Below, piece by piece: positions 60,939-64,000 of a stretch of DNA of 64,000 nucleotides. The translations under genes and the position numbers were made by a program. Source of the stretch: Paramuribaculum sp. (GTDB lineage Bacteria > Bacteroidota > Bacteroidia > Bacteroidales > Muribaculaceae); contig JAIDJW010000033.1 in the NCBI GenBank assembly GCA_029052015.1, positions 59 through 64,058 of the forward strand, in the 5' to 3' direction. Each line of letters starts with the position of its first letter. Position 1 is the stretch's first letter. Under the pieces are notes generated by a model. That model ran no database searches. It had not been told where the DNA came from and saw only the letters and a program-made list of their open reading frames with translations.

Positions 60939-61020
60939 TATCAGCCACTTTTATCATGTTAGAGAACCACAAAAATAATCACAATAATCCACAAATCAAA
61001 ACCTCGCATTCCAATTAGCC

Positions 61021-61060
61021 AAAAGCAAAGAGGCGGGGGCGCCCAGTGCGCCTCCGCCTC
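61021..61060 (-). terminator. Intrinsic terminator of the T9SS cargo gene
   Basis: GAGGCGGAGGCGC-ACTGG-GCGCCCCCGCCTC followed by TTTGCTTTT on the minus strand. Confidence 0.8.
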
Positions 61061-61126
61061 GAAACTTATGTGTCGGCGGTTTATCATCGCGAAGCGCTTT
61101 GCTTGCAAAGAAACCGCCGCTCCATA

Positions 61127-64000
61127 TCAGATTCTAACTTTAACAGCTTTGCCTTCGGGAGTGCGTACGATGTACACACCGCCTGCAAGGCCGGTGGGGT
61201 TGACTCTGCGGCCGTTGATGTCGAACACCTCGCTGCCTTCGGGAGCGACGATGCTGTCGCCGTCAACACGGACTGCATTCTCACTGCTGCCCTCGATGCC
61301 GTCGATGCCGGTGGTCACTGGCACAACCCAAACGGTTGTCTCGTAAGCCTGGCTTGCGGGATGGCCCTCGATGGTCATGATGGCGATGATGACGCCGCTC
61401 TCCTTCATTACTACGGGAGCCTCGTACTTGATTCCCTCGCCGGGGAGCTTCTTGCCTGCCTCGGTGGTGTAGTAGATGGTGCCGCCCTCAACCGGGGTAA
61501 CAGGTTCGATGGTGACTACTGCCCATCCCTCTTCGGTGATTGTCTGGCTGAAGCGCAGGCTGTTGCCGTTGGTCTCGATATCCTTCGGAGCTTCCGGCTT
61601 GGCGGGTACGATGACAAGGCTGTGGCACAATGCTCCGTCCGCAGCGTTTTCGCCGCCACGGATGCGTGCATACACTATTGCAGTCTTATCCAGAGTGAAC
61701 GGATTGTCATATTTCTCCATATTGTCGGGTGTGTCGACCGAATACCATATCTCGGCGTCTGAGCCGTCCTTGGCTGCGAGTGTCACAGTAGATGTGCCTT
61801 CTTTATCGTCGTCAACCTGTGCGAACACTACATCACCTGCAGGTGTGAGCAGAGTGAGGTTGACATGTGTCTCTGCGCTGGTTTTGCCCTGGGCGTTAAG
61901 CGCGCGCACATGTATGTGGCAGCTTTCGGTAATCACGAGCGGATGGCCGGCGTAGTATTCATACCAACGTGTATTTTCGTCGGTTTCGTTGTCGCCGATG
62001 AAATACTGTATTGTAGCGCGCGGGTCCTCATGAGTGAACGCAACCGATGCGGTCGGATAGAATGAAGCGGTGTATTCGTTACCGTTTTCCTTCACGGCGA
62101 GTGCATTTACCTCAGCTTTGACAGGCGCCGGAGTGGGGATTACAGTCAGGTTCATGGGCCAGAACTCTATGGCGTCGCTGTTTTCTGCCACCATAACATA
62201 TCCTGTAACAGCGTAGTTGGTGTTGGCGCGCACTTCGCTCATGTCAATTCCTGTTGCTTCAGCATTGACAGCCACCGGGGTAGCCTCTCCGGAGTGAGCG
62301 AGCATCAGCCATGCGGCGTCATTTCCTTCCGGATGTGCAAACATCACATTGGTGAGGCTCACCTTGCGGCGGATATTGTTGGCTCCGACTTCGGTCACCT
62401 CAGGAGTATTGCTGATGTCGATATCAGGAAGATTGCTGCCGGTGAGGGGAGTATCGAATTTCGACTCGAATCCGGGGGTCACCTCTGCGGCGCGAAGCAC
62501 CTTGTTTTCATCCTTGCCTGCAAACAGCGGGTTGATGAGGAAGTCGGTGAGATAGTCGCCGGCGCTGAGGGCATTGCTTTCCCAGCCGCCTTCGAGGTAA
62601 ATCGGCATATAGTGACCTGCCACACCGCGCACAAACATATAGTTGCCCACTATGTCGACAACTCTGACTGTGCCGTTGAAGTGATAGTCGGTGCCCTCTT
62701 CCGCGCGGTTGATGAAGTTGAGCAGCAGCGAGAGCTCGCGGCTGTTCTTGACGAATGTGCGGGTAACGGTGGCGCTCGGAGTCATTCCGGCCTCTACGGC
62801 AAATGCCTTGACAACCACGCGGTCCTGACCCTCAGCCAGGTCAAGTTTCACAGGGCCGGTGTAGTGTTGGCGTGAATCGATATTGTTGCGCGGGTCTGTG
62901 CCGTCGGTGGTGAACCAAATCTCTGCATTGGTTCCGGCTGTCATCTCGAATGTGAGTGTGTGGGTGAAGTTCTGCACCTCAGCGCTCTTGTCCTCGCTGT
63001 CGGCGACGAACACTTCGGGAGTTTCGGTCAGACCTGTGCCGTAGAAGTTGATCAGGGCGAGAGAATAGCCGCCGATTTCATCGTTTTTCACAAGCACACC
63101 CGTTATGTCATATTCAGCATCCTCCTTGTATGCGAGGCGCCAGCCGCCCACACGGTGCTCGAAAATAGACAGGTTCAGGCTCACGGGTTTGTGGTCAGAG
63201 GCGTCTGTGTCGCCTATGCGCAGTATATATTCGTCGTTGCCGCTGATGTTCTTAACGTCAACCTTCACATTCTTGAGGGTAAACATCATCATGCGGTTAT
63301 CCTCGTCAAAAGCTATATTCTTGAAATAGTGCTCCGCATCCGCGGGATTCTCATAATTTATCCTGATTATTGTGGAGTCAGTCTTCTCGCTGCTTGTTTC
63401 GAGATATTTCACCGTGCGGGCAAAACCGGTGTTGGCGCTCACGAGGTTGCCGAGGCTTGTGCTTGCGGGAATCATCGCAAAGCCGGTGATTATATCGCCG
63501 GGGCGCAGTGCGCGCTCTCCGCCCTCGGCGGTAGCGTCGGGTATGCGCGGGCTTTCCCACCCGTTGGTGTTGTTGAGCATCAGGAAGTTATTGCTTGTGG
63601 CGTCAGCTCCGGCAGTGAGGTCGCGCACATAGAGCCAGTTGGGAGTGGTTTCGATTACCAGTGCCTTGGCCTCGGCTCCCTCAGTGTCGTCGAGCTTGCT
63701 GTAATGTGTCGCGGCAAAGTTGTCGCTGCCGAGTGTGGGCAGGTCGGTGCTTTCGAGATACTTGGTCTTGAATGCTGCTATGCTGCCTTCAACATCAGCT
63801 TTGTGGCGGCGCAGCGTAAGGGTTGTAGTATCACCAAATACATCGACATAGTTGCTTCCGTGGCAGGCCTGGTAGGACAGGCTGCCGCTTATCTCCATCT
63901 TTATCTCGTTGGCGGCTCCGAAAAGCTTATCCATTGCCAGTGTCACCGCGTTTTCTCGTCCTATGCCGACAGGAGTGTTGATAAAGTTTTCGTCAGAATT
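61127..64000 (-). CDS. Large T9SS-sorted surface protein with repeated Fn3-associated/CHB_HEX_C-like and OB-fold-like modules (3' part; runs off the window end)
   Basis: IWFTTDGTDP, IQYFIGD, IWYSVD and IYYTTE repeats; C-terminal TTGIDGI...VFDINGRRV...GVYIVR...KVRI CTD. The frame stays open to 64000. Confidence 0.88.
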   Translation of the reverse strand, partial: NSDENFINTPVGIGRENAVTLAMDKLFGAANEIKMEISGSLSYQACHGSNYVDVFGDTTTLTLRRHKADVEGSIAAFKTKYLESTDLPTLGSDNFAATHYSKLDDTEGAEAKALVIETTPNWLYVRDLTAGADATSNNFLMLNNTNGWESPRIPDATAEGGERALRPGDIITGFAMIPASTSLGNLVSANTGFARTVKYLETSSEKTDSTIIRINYENPADAEHYFKNIAFDEDNRMMMFTLKNVKVDVKNISGNDEYILRIGDTDASDHKPVSLNLSIFEHRVGGWRLAYKEDAEYDITGVLVKNDEIGGYSLALINFYGTGLTETPEVFVADSEDKSAEVQNFTHTLTFEMTAGTNAEIWFTTDGTDPRNNIDSRQHYTGPVKLDLAEGQDRVVVKAFAVEAGMTPSATVTRTFVKNSRELSLLLNFINRAEEGTDYHFNGTVRVVDIVGNYMFVRGVAGHYMPIYLEGGWESNALSAGDYLTDFLINPLFAGKDENKVLRAAEVTPGFESKFDTPLTGSNLPDIDISNTPEVTEVGANNIRRKVSLTNVMFAHPEGNDAAWLMLAHSGEATPVAVNAEATGIDMSEVRANTNYAVTGYVMVAENSDAIEFWPMNLTVIPTPAPVKAEVNALAVKENGNEYTASFYPTASVAFTHEDPRATIQYFIGDNETDENTRWYEYYAGHPLVITESCHIHVRALNAQGKTSAETHVNLTLLTPAGDVVFAQVDDDKEGTSTVTLAAKDGSDAEIWYSVDTPDNMEKYDNPFTLDKTAIVYARIRGGENAADGALCHSLVIVPAKPEAPKDIETNGNSLRFSQTITEEGWAVVTIEPVTPVEGGTIYYTTEAGKKLPGEGIKYEAPVVMKESGVIIAIMTIEGHPASQAYETTVWVVPVTTGIDGIEGSSENAVRVDGDSIVAPEGSEVFDINGRRVNPTGLAGGVYIVRTPEGKAVKVRI

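Noticed and set aside
1-64000. rRNA, tRNA, CRISPR arrays, IS elements, prophage or anti-phage defence genes
   Set aside because: None recognised. Intergenic gaps are short and lack cloverleaf or repeat-spacer structure. Small ncRNAs cannot be excluded without a covariance-model search.

Overview
Chromosomal segment from a Bacteroidales bacterium, most consistent with Muribaculaceae or a related T9SS-bearing lineage. Evidence: TAnnTTTG -7 promoter boxes, a GLPGLI protein, PorZ and a T9SS-sorted surface protein. Most of it is origin-proximal housekeeping DNA (pdxA, uvrC, apt, mnmG, ybeY, ribH, dciA-recF, dtd, deoC, upp, nadA, leuS, rdgB, lepB, dapB, ruvB). There is a parS site at 20390 and a probable oriC between upp and nadA (DnaA-box cluster, AT-rich tract, apparent GC-skew switch), but no dnaA in the window. 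Two regions stand out. (1) An inositol-lipid cluster at 8.5-15.8 kb encodes MIPS, a nucleotidyltransferase, two CDP-alcohol phosphotransferases, a HAD hydrolase, an acyltransferase and GtrA. It also encodes an ATP-grasp protein whose motifs resemble eukaryotic/archaeal ITPK1 inositol-phosphate kinases more than RimK-type ligases. (2) A six-gene operon of uncharacterised exported/outer-membrane proteins at 2.0-7.3 kb is bracketed by two direct copies of a poly-C + palindrome element. Smaller oddities: a probable PfkB pseudokinase, a stand-alone degenerate FtsH-protease-like protein, a RhuM/Fic-DOC remnant, and a nucleoside kinase broken by a short corrupted patch that is probably an assembly error. 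No rRNA, tRNA, CRISPR array, integrase or transposase was recognised. All family calls come from motif recognition by eye, with no database searches.
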